From Podarcis pityusensis (taxonomy: Eukaryota), in assembly GCA_964106645.2 (NCBI GenBank), contig OZ067042.1: a DNA stretch of 64,000 nucleotides; one strand, 5' to 3'. The notes beneath the pieces are model-generated. The model was not told where the DNA came from. It did no database searches and was given only the letters and a program-made list of their open reading frames with translations. A program made the translations under genes and the position numbers. Below are positions 26,623 through 38,890 of this stretch, one piece after another (positions within the stretch are counted from its first letter, which is position 1; each line of letters begins with the position of its first letter).

Positions 26623-26923
26623 CAGGGTCAACCATATTATTAGGCAGAGTATGCCGAATTATCTCATATACAGGCCGGGGGGAGGATGGCAGCACTGGCA
26701 GCACCCTCAGTTATTCCTCCTAGCCAATCCTCTAAGTTGGGGATCAGAGCTGTAGGTGTAACCACTTAGCCTGTTGTCCTCCGTTGAAGTGGGGAATGCT
26801 ACCCCACTGCCAATTGTTGAAAAAATATTCAACTACCCGTCCAGTCAGCATCTGAATATGAAATAGGAGGAAATGGCATCTTGTCTTTTCCCTCGGGCAG
26901 CAAAATGTATTGTGCCAACCCTG
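26623..26923. mobile_element. Non-autonomous hAT element (301 bp)
   Basis: TIRs CAGGGTCAACC / GTGCCAACCCTG. 8-bp TSD TGCATTAC / TGCATTGC (7 of 8 identical). Confidence 0.7.
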
Positions 26924-27255
26924 TGCATTGCATTTCTACTGGGCTGTGCGTGTGTATTGCTATTTTGGGGAAGGCTGGATAAATGGTGTATAAAGACAAA
27001 ACCGGGATATAGGCTATAAGATTGGGTTGTAAAGTACATGTCTAGTAACCGTAGTTTTGTCACCTGCTCTGCTCGTACAACATTCTATATATAGAAGCCC
27101 ACCTATTACTCTCCCCTTTTGTGCCCAGTAATCACTGCTTCTTCCTAACGCTTGCTCTTTCTGGACAATCACAATATCATTTCCATCAATACCATATATG
27201 AATAGAGGCCTGCCAAATAACAACCAAATGTACTCTTAACTTCTGTAACTTAAAA

Positions 27256-27340
27256 GCTGCAATCCACACACCACTTACTCCAGAGTAAGCTATTAAAGTA
27301 ACCGAGATTGCTTCAAAATAAGTGGTTTGTTGATTGCAGC
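27256..27340. mobile_element. Short MITE with GCTGCAATC...GATTGCAGC ends
   Basis: Terminal inverted repeat plus internal accactta / taagtggt. A related fragment is near 14930-15010. Confidence 0.55.
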
Positions 27341-28504
27341 CAAATACCTGTCAAAATTAAGGCAGCCTTTGTACATACAAGATAGACCACATTCTGTCTT
27401 GCTATAGTGGTGTGAATATAGAATAACTCTTCTGAAACTATTGGGAGTCAATTATAGGGCCATGAAAGCAAAGCATCTCTGTAAGCTTCAGCGGAGCTAT
27501 TCTAGCTTTATTGCTTGGGTCTGGCCCTTTATCTCGATAATCTAAATGTGTATATCCTTTATTCAGGAAAATGAGACAGGGGTGATCATGTGGCTAAATG
27601 GTTTTCAGAACCGGGTCTTGGTTTGAGAGGCAACCAGGCTTGCAAATTCTTCATGCCCAAAGAAGGAATTTTAAATTGCTTTGTTAGGCTCATTGCAGCT
27701 TTTAAAAAAATTATAATTAAAATGCCTGATATTCTCTAATGGACCATGAGTGTACATCAAATTGCTCTGTGGCCTTTGATATGTACTTAAAGGCAATTGG
27801 CTAGTCTTACTGATGTATTTTTAAAGAGCTACTTATTGATTAATAACGTTTCCGTATTAATATAACCACTTTGTGGGGAACTGAGAAACATCAATAGTAG
27901 AAACCCATATTTATCCACAAATTAACTGTATATAGATCTGCTGCTTTAAGCCAAATGGGGTGCATCCATTCATCCCTTTACAAGAGAACGACAACTAATA
28001 GTAAAGCAGATGAAAGCAAAACTTGGACTTATTTGTCAATTGCATAAAACGACTGGCTGCAATTCATGTCTTCTTGCCTAGTGGAGCCGAAGAACAAATG
28101 ACATAAAACATACACTCCGACTTGCTTATACTTTTGACATGTTAATAACTGTAATGCTTTACCTGATGACAGCATTTCATATCTTTTTAGAGCCATAGTG
28201 GCTGCAGAAGCTGATGAAAATGAAATAAAATTGCTCTTAAATATGGGAAAGAAGTGTTGGATGTGCAAGTATTAATGAATACTGGAAGCCAGATCATTGC
28301 CACCAATCTACTCCATGATAAACACCCATTTTCACAGCTAAGTTGTAATGAAATGAACATTAAAGGTCTGATTGTGCAAGCCTTTCCTGCACAACTGCAG
28401 TAGAGAGTCCAAGGCACAAAGTAGCTTGCAAAAACAAGGTAGAAGATCTCTTGCTGGGAATTTCTGAAACATATTTCACAATAAGAATAGTGAATTATCT
28501 GTAT

Positions 28505-28614
28505 CAGGAATGGGAAACCTGTAGACCTTCAGATGCTGTGAGATTCTAACTCCTATTACCCCAGTCAGGAGTTGTAGTCCAAGAGCATGTGGAGGACCAC
28601 ATGTTCCCCATTCC
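28505..28614. mobile_element. Hairpin hAT-type MITE, degraded
   Basis: aggaatgggaaac / gttccccattcct ends and a ggagttgtagtcc core. Confidence 0.7.
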
Positions 28615-28851
28615 TATACCCTAGTGCACCACCATCTGGATAGGGAACAAAACCTGAACCATTCCACTTTGCTTTAGAGAATGGTATTATTATTAAAAAA
28701 AAAATGGAAAGTTCTCTATCCAAAGAAAAGAAATGATTTAGTAATTTTAGACCCTAGCACTGCCAATGCAAACAATTTGCTCTTTCCTTCATACCAGATC
28801 TGAAGGCAAACCAAATAAAAGTTCAGAACAGGTCCATGTCTGACCTAAATA

Positions 28852-29208
28852 CAGTGGTGCCTCGCAAGACGAAATTAATTTGTTCCACGAGTTTTTTTCG
28901 TCTTGCGGTTTTTTTCGTCTTGCGAAGCACGGTGTCAGAAAAGTTTTGGAAAAGCTTCAAAAATCACCAAAGTCTTCAAAAACCTCAAAAAAGGGCTACC
29001 ACACCGCGTGCTATGAGTTGCTCCTCGAAGTCAAGTCGCAACTGTATTAATGGTTTTAAGAAAAAGGAAACAAACTTGCAAGACGTTTCCGTCTTGCGAA
29101 GCAAGCCCATAGGGAAAATCGTCTTGCGAAGCAACTCAAAAAACCAAAAACCCTTTCGTTTTGCGAGTTTTCCATCTTGCGAGGCATTCGTCTTGCGAGG
29201 TACCACTG
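28852..29208. mobile_element. Tc1/mariner (Tigger/pogo-like) MITE, 357 bp
   Basis: 22-bp TIRs CAGTGGT(G/A)CCTCGCAAGACGAA with one mismatch, TA TSD on both sides, and multiple internal CGTCTTGCG repeats. Confidence 0.92.
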
Positions 29209-31434
29209 TATGGGAGCACCAGGGTTGAATTATGCTGAAATATGGACAGATCTGGCCTGACACAATCCTCCATTCTCCCCACTGTATCTCTCTGCAAGCT
29301 TCACACTGGGAGCCAGTTTGTACATAACTGCCTACTGAGGAAGAATGTATAGACTGTAGTGAGGTCCGTGAACTCTGGAGGTCACCTGGGGAACCAAGGG
29401 CAATTCCATGTCACATTTCTCTGCCCCGCGAACTCATGAAACATCACACAGGGCTCGCAGAAATGCTATGACTGGGTCACTTTGACCTTCCAGACATTCT
29501 GTCTTTAATAGGTGACATATAATGATTTTATGTCTCCTATCTATTACATAGGTGAAAAAAGTGCACTAAAACACTGAATAGCTGAATTTTTCTATAGACA
29601 TTTGGGAAAATGTTCCATATGATGCACCCTGGCTGTCCCTAATGACACATTCACATGGAAAAGGGCAACATGTGGGCTAAGCCCGCCAAAACTATACAAG
29701 TAACTTTCTCAGTGGTAGCTCCTTAAATTGTGGCAGTATATTTTTAGGAGATGAGAGAAATCACTGCTGGGGGGCTGTAGCTGGATCCTCAGAGGGTTTA
29801 CTTCACATGCTACATCACAAATCTTTGTACTAGCAGAAGTAGTTCATTGGAAATTGCCCATTGACCAGGGCAATTTTAAATCTGTATACACACACGGCAC
29901 ATACAAATGAACAATGACCATTTTCTTTTTTTCTCTCAGGGAAGGTGGTGGCAAAGAATATTTTTTCCATATTAGGAGGCCCATACTCAAACCTTTGGGT
30001 GCTGTCAAATAAAAGGGCATTACAAAAGGGCACAGAGAGAACTATTTGTTTGGAGGGAATGGCCATTCAGTGATTTCCTGGTGAAGAATAGCTACCAAAA
30101 TGACCAGATTAATTAGGCTGTTAAACTGGGTTTTATTTTGTAATGTTAATGTGTGTGGCAGCTGGAGCCATGTGATTAATCTAGATCGGTCTATAATGGG
30201 GACCACAGGTTTCTAAGTCTTATTCTTATCTCCGGTGACCTATTGCACCCTCATGTCCTTGACGTGAACTCAGATCAAGGTAATGGAGTGGCCTTTTAAA
30301 ACATGGACATTTTTAGTGGTCACGAATCATCACCTTTGACAAAACTGCTATGCTGTACAGAAGTACAATAATACTATTGTTGCCACACAGTAAGGTCTGC
30401 CTGTAAATAAGCAGCCTTCTCTATTTCTCCTGAAGTATTCAGGGAATTGTCATGGTACTGACACTCTGCGTTGCCACACTTCTCCCACTCGAATGCCTCT
30501 GGAACAAGCCACATGCAGCCCAAAGGCTGCACATGGGCCTGGAGGCATTTTTTGTTTCCTGTCATGATTCTGAAAGTATCTCCCTTTAGTAAGAAGGAAA
30601 AGTGTGAGAAAGACGTTTCAAGACTTTGTAGGTGCGAAGATAACCTTCAAAGCATGGGAGCAGTCAGCTTGGAAGAAACAGTTAAAATTGAAGTGCAATA
30701 CATTTCCACATCTCAGGCTGACTATGCAGCTCCTGGTTTTATTAAGCAGAATACTGAATTGGAACATATAAGGATCACAGTGCAGCAGTTCTCATTCCAG
30801 CAGATGCAAAGACAGGATTTCAGCCATTTTCATTTAAGTGTTGTGCAAATGAAGATGATTACTTACAAAGCTCACGAAAGGTTATCAGCAGATGGTCTTG
30901 ATCTAATGACCTAAGGGATGTCAGGAAAGGCTGTAGCCTGTGGTCCACCATGCATCTCTGGACAAAGGTGGTAAACTGGATAGAGACCAACCACAATAGC
31001 TGAGAGAGCTTCCTTCCATCAATGGAGCAGAGATGTTTAAGTACGGTAACTGTGTGTATGTTTGTTTAATGTTTACACCCCACGCTTCATCCTAAGGCCA
31101 TGTACATATATGACATCCAAACCAAGGCACATTACAATTGATGAGGAAAACAAAACTGTGGCTTGCTCCTAAAATACAAAAATGCAAGATAGGTAAAGAG
31201 AGAGAATGGAAGAAATGGAGAGTTAAAAAGAGATTTATCAACAGAAGAAAATGAAATGAGAAGAAAATCTGAGCTGAAGGGTAACAAGACATTTGAGTAT
31301 AAACGTAGAAGCAGCAGAAAAAAATGTCAAGAGGAAGAGATGGCTAACAACTGATATCAGAGGGAGGGTGAGTAGGAGAAAGAGCAAAATAAATGAATGG
31401 AACAAGAGTAATATCCACACATTAGGTTTTCCTC

Positions 31435-31629
31435 AAGGGCTATAGCTCAGTGTTAGAGCATCTGCCTTGCATGCAGAAGGACCCAAGTTCAATCACTGGC
31501 ATGTCCAGGTTGGAATGGGAGAGACTCTTGCCCCAGACTCTGGAAAGCCACAGCCAGTCAGTGTAGACAATATTCAGCTAGGCGGATCAATGGTCTGATT
31601 CAGGATAAGGCAGTTTCCTATATTCCTAT
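31435..31629 (+). mobile_element. Squam3-like tRNA-derived SINE
   Basis: A-box tagctcagtgttagagc, B-box-like gttcaatc, body gccagtcagtgtagacaat, tail ttcctatattcctat. Confidence 0.87.
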
Positions 31630-34371
31630 ATTATTACGACGAGTGGAAACATGCTGGTTGGTCTCAGCCCCTCCATCACATTGTTGTGCCCATCCCCACT
31701 GCCCTCCATATGCAGAAGTCACATTGACTCCTCGCACAATTTAGAGCCCTGACTGAGCTGGGTTCTGAATCACAAGCTCCCCAATTAAGAAGTTACCATA
31801 TGAGGAGGGTGGTAGGAACAGACCTAGTTATGCAACAGAGGGGACAGGGTCAGGCAGTGCACCCCTAATGCAATTCTAATCAAAACTGCACATCCTCCTC
31901 CCCGTGCCACATTTCCTGTTCCTGGGAACCCTGGTCCTCATTAAGCAACCAAGGATGGATTGTTGAAAGTGGCCATTGTCGGATGTGGGGAGGGGAAGCC
32001 CATCCTCTACCAGGGCCCCCTCTAAGCACCACTCATTGCTCATTCAAGTAAAGTTGATTTCAGAGATGTTAGCTGCAGGGTTTACTGACAAAGGAAGATG
32101 ATATAGTACATGCAACTTAAGACCTCCCCACTTTTAAGTGCACTTTGTGGGAGAATGTAACATGGCGTTATAAACAAGGGAGATACAGCATTGTATCTCA
32201 CACATTATAATCACGAGAGGTATGTTTGCCAAACAACAACAACAACAAGTACAGCAATGTTTTCACAAATCAAAGGGTCTTCAAAGTGGATTGGACCAAG
32301 ATTTACTTTATGTATGTTTGCTCTGGAAAGTAAGCTGCTGTTCACTACAGAAGCAGAAGCCTGTACATCCAAGAACTGAAGCCAATCAAGACCCATTGTA
32401 ATAGTCCAAATATAAATACCAATGCAATACCGATTTTGGTTTTAGTCATTCCATGAGAGATGAAGCAAGCATAAGGATGTGTGTTATTGGATTACACCCT
32501 GTTCAGAAGGCTTCCTGTTACCTTACTTTTTTCTTATTCTCTGGGATCAAGGCAGCAATGATACCATATGTGAATATATCCTTCCCGATTTTTGCAGAAA
32601 AACCCTGACAATTAATCATTCAAGGTATAGTTCTTGTGTAAAGAATTGTCAACACCCTAGCACTCATTAAAGGTCGAAAGGAGGTTTCCTTCGAAGACAA
32701 ACCTCACTTTGGGGTGCAATAAACGTGTGTGTGCAGAGTACACCTTAAAAAAGCATCAATACTAAAGGCAAGAGACCTTAGGCTTACCACACTGTTCTAC
32801 AAGCTCTGTGATTCTTTTCCATAAAACCCTAAGTCAGGATGATCCACATCAAGTCTCAATGGCTTAAGTGAATGCACAGTTTTTATAAAAAACAAAAAAG
32901 ATTGGAAAATAATCTGTAAAGATAAGGGAAGAAACATTAAGCATGCAGAGAAAGCTTTTACTGACCAGAAAGGTAGGTAGAGTTACAGCAGTCATGGTGA
33001 GTAATACAAGAATGTCAAGAGCAGCTTAATGGCCTTAACTGCATCAGTATATTTAAAAAGCTCAATCTCCCACTGATTCCCCCAGACAGAGAAAGGGAGT
33101 CGACTCCAACTAAAAGCTGCTATATATGAGCTGGACAAAGACGAAGCTGTTGCACAGCACTTATATTCCTCATAGCTTAAGTTTATGGGAAAGCACACAC
33201 ACAACCATCACCTTTAAAAAAAAATCATATTAACATGGTAGAGAGAGGTGTGTGTTCTACTTGTCCCATTATCAATTTATTAATCACATTTCAGAAAACT
33301 ACTCCATCTTACTTATGGCAAGATGCAGCTTTTGTATAACAATGAGGTTCATTTCTCTTTTAATATCCATGTGTTCTGTGAAAACAAGAAGTAGAAGCAT
33401 AATAAAAACTTTTCATAACACTTGATTAGTAAATACAGCCTGCAGAAAGTCTAGCTCTCGTTGCACTTTGCACATTAAAAATCCAAATGCACTGGGAGAG
33501 CTGGGATTTTAACCCCCCATAGCTTTAACACAAAGAAACACATTAATAAGATACAATTTAGATTTGCATTTTTTAATAAGCAAGGGGATCAAAGAACTGG
33601 AACGCTGAAGGGGTGCAACACTGCGCTGCAAATTCAGACTTCATGGCATAGTAAGGAATCGAGACATGCAATTGTACTAAAACAAGACTGGCATTATTGG
33701 AGAGCTTGCTATTTATATGTTGATACCGAGGCTCAAATTAGCACACTCCAATCACACAGAAAGTATGTATGTATGTGGTTGAGAAGCGTGGACCTCTCTC
33801 CCCGCACCGCCCTGAACCTCCCGCCAGCCTTTCCCCCCCAGGCACTTTTTTCTCAGTCATGCTCAATTCCAGTTTAAGAATCCAACTGAGGGGATCACAA
33901 GATCAGGAGATAGTGGGCAAGGAGATGAGGTGCAAGGAGGGAGACAGTTCAGCAACCTCCACCCCCCTCTTTTCCTCCCACCATCTCCCTCAATTGGAGT
34001 CCTGGCCCAGGACACGGGCTCCCTGCTATTAGAGGAGTTGGATGACACAGAGAATAAGAAAGACAAGGGGGCAGGAACAGCCCCCTGAGAGTGCCTCAAA
34101 TGTTTGCCAGAGATTCCCATGGTAGGAGAATCTCAAGAATCAGGGCTGCATTCATCTGTTATGCATGGGGACGTCATTCTGAACCCCTTCTCTAATTCTG
34201 AGGATTCCTCATCAGAACTCTTGGAAGTACAGTGGGGAATGCCTTGCTGAAAACTGCTCCCCAGGAATGCTGAAGCCAACAGTCAAGGAAGAGGACACCA
34301 CCCCTTCAAGTCCCAAAAGCCTTTCTAAGAATGGAGGGATCTACAGACACCAATACTATATTTTTTATATT

Positions 34372-34441
34372 TGCTGTAATTCACCCAGAGTGGCTGGGGA
34401 AACCCAGCCAGATGGGCGGGGTATAATAAATAAATAAATAA
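34372..34441 (+). mobile_element. L2-type LINE extreme 3' end with (TAAA)n tail
   Basis: tgtaattcacccagagtggctggggaaacccagccagatgggcggggtataataaataaataaat, including the 3' stem-loop. Confidence 0.75.
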
Positions 34442-34449
34442 CTAGTAAT

Positions 34450-34625
34450 CATCATAATAATTTATATGCCGCCCCAACCACTCTGAGAGGCTTCCAACAA
34501 TTTATAAAAGCACAGTAAAACAACGAAGATTAAAAACTTCCCTATACAAGGCTGCCTTCAGATGTCTTCTAAAAGTCCGATAAATGTTTATTTCCTTGAC
34601 ATCTGATGGGAGGGCGTTCCACAAA
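34450..34625 (-). mobile_element. L2-type LINE 3' fragment
   Basis: ttatatgccgccc...actctgagaggcttcca...ggctgccttcagatgtcttctaaa...tctgatgggagggcgttccac. Confidence 0.75.
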
Positions 34626-35008
34626 AACTCCCAGTTGACTCCAAGCTGTCTGGAGATGCATTCCTATTCTTGTTGGTCTTGGTCTTGGTCTTGGATGTCC
34701 TTTCCTGCCAACTTCATGGTGAGCTGACCATGGTCCTGACCTTGTGTGCATAGCCTGGGCTAGTGCCAAACTTAGCTAGCCTAAGTTTAGAACAGGAAAG
34801 TGGGGTCAATCAGAGCTTTAACTCACAGTTCTCCTGCTGGTGGTAGCTGTTTCAACCTGTCTGCCATGGGGTAAGGGAAGTGTAGCTCAAGGAAACAGGA
34901 AAGCCAGTCTCTCTGTTGCATCAGATTTGTTGGTAAGAATGGTCACTTGCGGGAGGGTTAAAAGAATGCTGAATTCTCCCTGAAGATAACATGTGTTAAA
35001 CATGTACC

Positions 35009-35010
<2 letters not shown>

Positions 35011-35042
<32 letters not shown>
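35011..35042. repeat. (GT)16 microsatellite
   Basis: Read directly from the sequence. Confidence 0.97.
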
Positions 35043-35044
<2 letters not shown>

Positions 35045-35547
35045 TAGTTTGTTTAGTAAGGAGCAGCTGTTGGTTTAGGAAGAGACAGAGGTTAGTTTAG
35101 TAAGGGATTTTCATTACCAGTCCCAAACATCTTTCTCCATCTCTGACTTGTACATCCACCATGGAGTGTAAACTCTCTGGACAGGAGCTATACCACTTTC
35201 ATGCTCAGTACTATTCAACATGTATTCCTGACATTAAATATATGTAGCAGCAATAGCCCTGCTGTCCTGACCCCTTTTAGTTTGCATCTGTAATTTGTGC
35301 AGACAAGCAAGACAATAACACACTGAATTATTCCAAACAGTATATTTGGCACAGGAATTGACATAATTTATATGCACTTACAGTTTCACCCATGTTCTCT
35401 CAAAAGATGTGGAGAATGGCTGGGAAGCAGCTCAAGGGTTACACATATTAATCTTCTTTTGAAGATTAATTTGGAACTGCTAGTATAGTAACTGCTGTCC
35501 ACGCTTGCTGCAAACTAAACTTTCACACTGACTTGGGTGGAAGAGGT

Positions 35548-36380
35548 GATGCTTTTTAACATCTATATGAAAATGTTGGGAGAGATCATCAGGGGGTCTG
35601 GGCCGAGTGTTCATAAGCATGTACTCAGCTCTCGCTCTCTCTCTCTCTCTCTCTCGTTTAAATCAGAACCAGTGATGGTGGTGCATGTCCTGTGTAAGTG
35701 TCCGGAGGCGGTTGGAGGGTGCATGTTGGTTGATGGATTGAAAGTGAACCCCAACAAGACAGAAGTACCATTTCTGGGGTACAGGAGGCAGGTGGGTATG
35801 GAGGATTCCCTGGTCTTGAATGGGATAACTCTGTCCCTAAATGACCAGATGTGCAGTCTGGGGATGATTTTGGACTCACAGTTGTCCATGGAGACACAGG
35901 TCAACTTTGTTCCCAGGGCAACTGTTTCCCTACTCCATCTGGTACACCAGTTGAGATCCTACCTTCCTAGTCACATCTTGCCAGAGTGATACATGCTCTG
36001 GTTATCTTCTGATAGGACTACTGCAATGGCACTACGTGGTGCTATCTTTGAAGGTGACTTGGAAACTAAAATTCATCCAGAATGCAGCTGGTAGACTGGG
36101 GACTGGGAGCAGCTGCTGGGACCACATCACACCGGTCCTAGAATAACTACATTGGCTCCCAATACTTTTCTGAGCACAATTCAAAGTGTTGGTGTTGACC
36201 TTTAAAGCCCTAAACAGCTTTGGCCCAGTATACCTGAAGGAGCGTCTCCAATCCCATTATTCAGCCAGGACACTGAGTCTGGCTCTGAGGGCCTTCTGGT
36301 GGTTCCCTCACTGCAAGAAGTGAAATTACAGGGAACCAGGCAGAAGGCCTTTTTGGTAGTTCCACCCACCCTATGGAACA
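35548..36380 (+). mobile_element. L2 LINE ORF2 remnant (RT C-terminal half), non-functional
   Basis: MLFNIYMKMLGEIIR, LKVNPNKTEV, SLGMILDSQLSMETQV, DYCN, HWLPI and FKVLVLTFKALNSFGPVYL motifs, with frameshifts and stops. Confidence 0.9.
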
Positions 36381-36411
36381 CAGGCTGCAAAATATTACAG
36401 ACTCCAATGTA

Positions 36412-36637
36412 AGGTGGTACCTCAGGTTAAGTACTTAATTCGTTCTGGAGGTCCGTTCTTAACCTGAAACTATTCTTAACCTGAAGCACCACTTTAGCTA
36501 ATGAGGCCTCCCGCTGCTGCTGCACCGCCGGAGCACAATTTCTGTTCTCATCCTGAAGCAAAGTTCTTAACCTGAGGTACTATTTCTGGGTTAGCGGAGT
36601 CTGTAACCTGAAGCGTATGTAACCCGAGGTACCACTG
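36412..36637. mobile_element. Tc1/mariner (Tigger-like) MITE
   Basis: TIRs (ag)GTGGTACCTCAGGTTA / TAACCCGAGGTACCACTG, TA flanks, repeated TTAACCTGA motifs. It is a reverse-complement homologue of 56045-56286. Confidence 0.9.
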
Positions 36638-37740
36638 TACTCCTTTCCTGCGTGGTGTTAGTACCATTTGTTGGCCTGGAAAATTGGTACATTAATATTA
36701 TTTTTATTAATTAATTAAATTTGTCAGTTGTTTTATCTTGGCCAGGGCAACTCAAAGCAACTTTCAAGAATCACAACACACACATACAATAATCCCCACA
36801 GAGATGCATTAAAACCAAGAGGGAAGATAAATACACTAAAACCACAAGACAAGGGTAAGTTTCCAGTTTCGTGTTTATACGATCAGAACCTATACATTGC
36901 ACCATATGAGATGGGATGGGGAGAAAACATGCCACCTTGAGCTTCTTAGAGGAAAGGTAGTGGGGAAATGTAACAATAAGTAAAATAAAACAAAGCGTCC
37001 TTAATTCTGTGGTTGCCCATCTTCTGCTTCAGAAGCCAATGTTTTCAATTTGCCTGCTACTGTCCTCTACCCAACCTTCACTTTACAGTGAAGGCTGTTG
37101 AATACAGTAGTTGCCTAGCCTTTACAGCTTTTACCCTGGACAGTTGTCAGCTTAAAGTCTCGCCTACATATGTTATTAAAACTGCAGTTCTGGCTATGTT
37201 TGATGGACTATGCCTGTGGATTGACAAGCGAATTATGTCCTATAGGTCATACTGCACCTTTTAATAAACTTCTGTAATAGTGCCCATGAGGTGTTTGTTG
37301 ATGGCTTCACACTGGGACATGGCAAGTGTTGTGGAGCTACTCTTGAGTGCCTCTGCTTGTTCCCGGCAAGGAAGTAACAGACGTTAACCTTGGGTGACTG
37401 CACATCATCACATCTGACAATTTTTATTTTCAAAAAGAAGAAGAAGATATTTTAAGGTATTTGTATACCACACTTCATACAGATACATCCCGGGCAATTC
37501 ACAAAGAGAGAAATCCTGCAAAGTCCTACAAGGTCTCCTCTTGTTTGTTTTTTTCTTTATGGAAGGCCACTACACTTTCTGTTAGAAGTTACACTAGCTA
37601 TGTTTCATCATCACACACCTCATTCCTCCCATCTAAATTAGATTACCATTTCCTTGGGCAGGCACCATGTCACTTCTGCACTTTCTCCATCAACCACCAC
37701 ATTGTTGGCATTAAATACCAGGTAAAATAGCAATGGTAAA

Positions 37741-37869
37741 ATGTTTGAAGCGACAAACATGAGTCTGACCAAGCTGCGGGAGGCAGTGGAAGACAGGGGT
37801 GCCTGGCGTGCTCTGGTCCATGGGGTCACGAAGAGTTGGACACGACTAAACGACTAAACAACAACAACA
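37741..37869 (+). mobile_element. BovB (RTE) LINE 3' end, heavily 5'-truncated
   Basis: catgagtctgaccaagctgcgggaggcagtggaagacaggggtgcctggcgtgctctggtccatggggtcacgaagagttggacacgactaaacgactaaac followed by (AAC)n. Candidate 16-bp TSD aaaatagcaatggtaa / aaaatagcagtaataa. Confidence 0.92.
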
Positions 37870-38624
37870 AAAATAGCAGTAATAAGTCTTATATATTGTA
37901 GGAGCACCTCACAGTCTGAAAACGAGAGCAGGCGGAGGCAGTCAAATGAGTAAGAATGACAAGTATTTCTCTCTGTACAAATATTTTAAAAATATCGTGA
38001 GGAATTGGGTTCAGAAGCTAATTCTACCTCCAGGCATAACCAGCACTTACTCATCAGATCACTGCAGGCCTCACTGACCTTGGCAGTCTTACAAGGATCT
38101 TATTTTCACACGGATGAGCTGTTCAAGAATGATTTTCCCAAATAAGATATCTATCAACATCAGCTATGCTCGTCTTCTCATCCCACACACATTTTTCTTG
38201 ATTAAACATATTTGCTTTTCTATTTAACAACTACAGTAAACTTTCCAGTAACGTGAGAACTATTTCAATCTCTTCTCTCTCAGTAGAACAGAAGTAGAAA
38301 ATAATGTTTAATTTAGTATTATTAGAAATGCCACTGTATATAACAACATTAATGATGGAAATATGTTCTCAATACTTGTACAGGCATTCCAAATACTTAG
38401 TGCCGAAGTCTCTTACTAACAGCAGCTCTCCTGAGTTTTACTATGAACTCTTTCCTAGGCTTTTAGAGGTGCCTGATTAATTTGATGGTTTCAAGCAGGC
38501 TCACCTGATCTGCACCTCCCGGACCAATGTGTAGACTGCCTGGAGTATAGTTCCATGAATTGGTCTGATGGCTGCCTTAAAAAAAAGTTTTCATGAACGG
38601 ATAATAGCCACTTGAAGCAGCTAG

Positions 38625-38750
38625 CCTAGTCTTTCCCAATCCAGAACCCTCCAGATGCTGCTGGATACAACTCCCATCATCCCTGGCCATCAACTAGACT
38701 GGACGATGTTGATGAGAGCTAGAGTTCATAAACATCTGGAAGGCACAGAC
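38625..38750. mobile_element. Hairpin hAT-type MITE, degraded
   Basis: ccctccagatgctgctggatacaactcccatcatccc...aaacatctggaagg. Confidence 0.7.
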
Positions 38751-38890
38751 TTTGAACTGAACATATGAAAGCAACATGGACTGAATCTCAACTTCGTGCA
38801 ACCAGAGATCCTTTAACATGGGATGCCAAAAACTGAACACAGAACCTAGAAAGCACATTCTATAGGGTGAGAAAAAGGAGGCTTCACTTT

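Noticed and set aside
28836-29263. Overlapping 130-aa and 92-aa ORFs
   Set aside because: They are a by-product of the repetitive MITE and have no transposase (DDE/HTH) motifs.
30374-30914. 147-aa plus-strand and 63-aa minus-strand ORFs
   Set aside because: No recognisable domain, a non-ATG start for the longer ORF, and no convincing splice-site pair. Within chance expectation for 64 kb.
31435-31510. tRNA-Ala-like sequence (TGC anticodon arm)
   Set aside because: It is the head of a Squam3-like SINE, continues into SINE body and tail, and lacks a proper acceptor stem.
35537-35989. 150-aa ORF
   Set aside because: It is a decayed L2 ORF2 lacking YADD, not a host gene.
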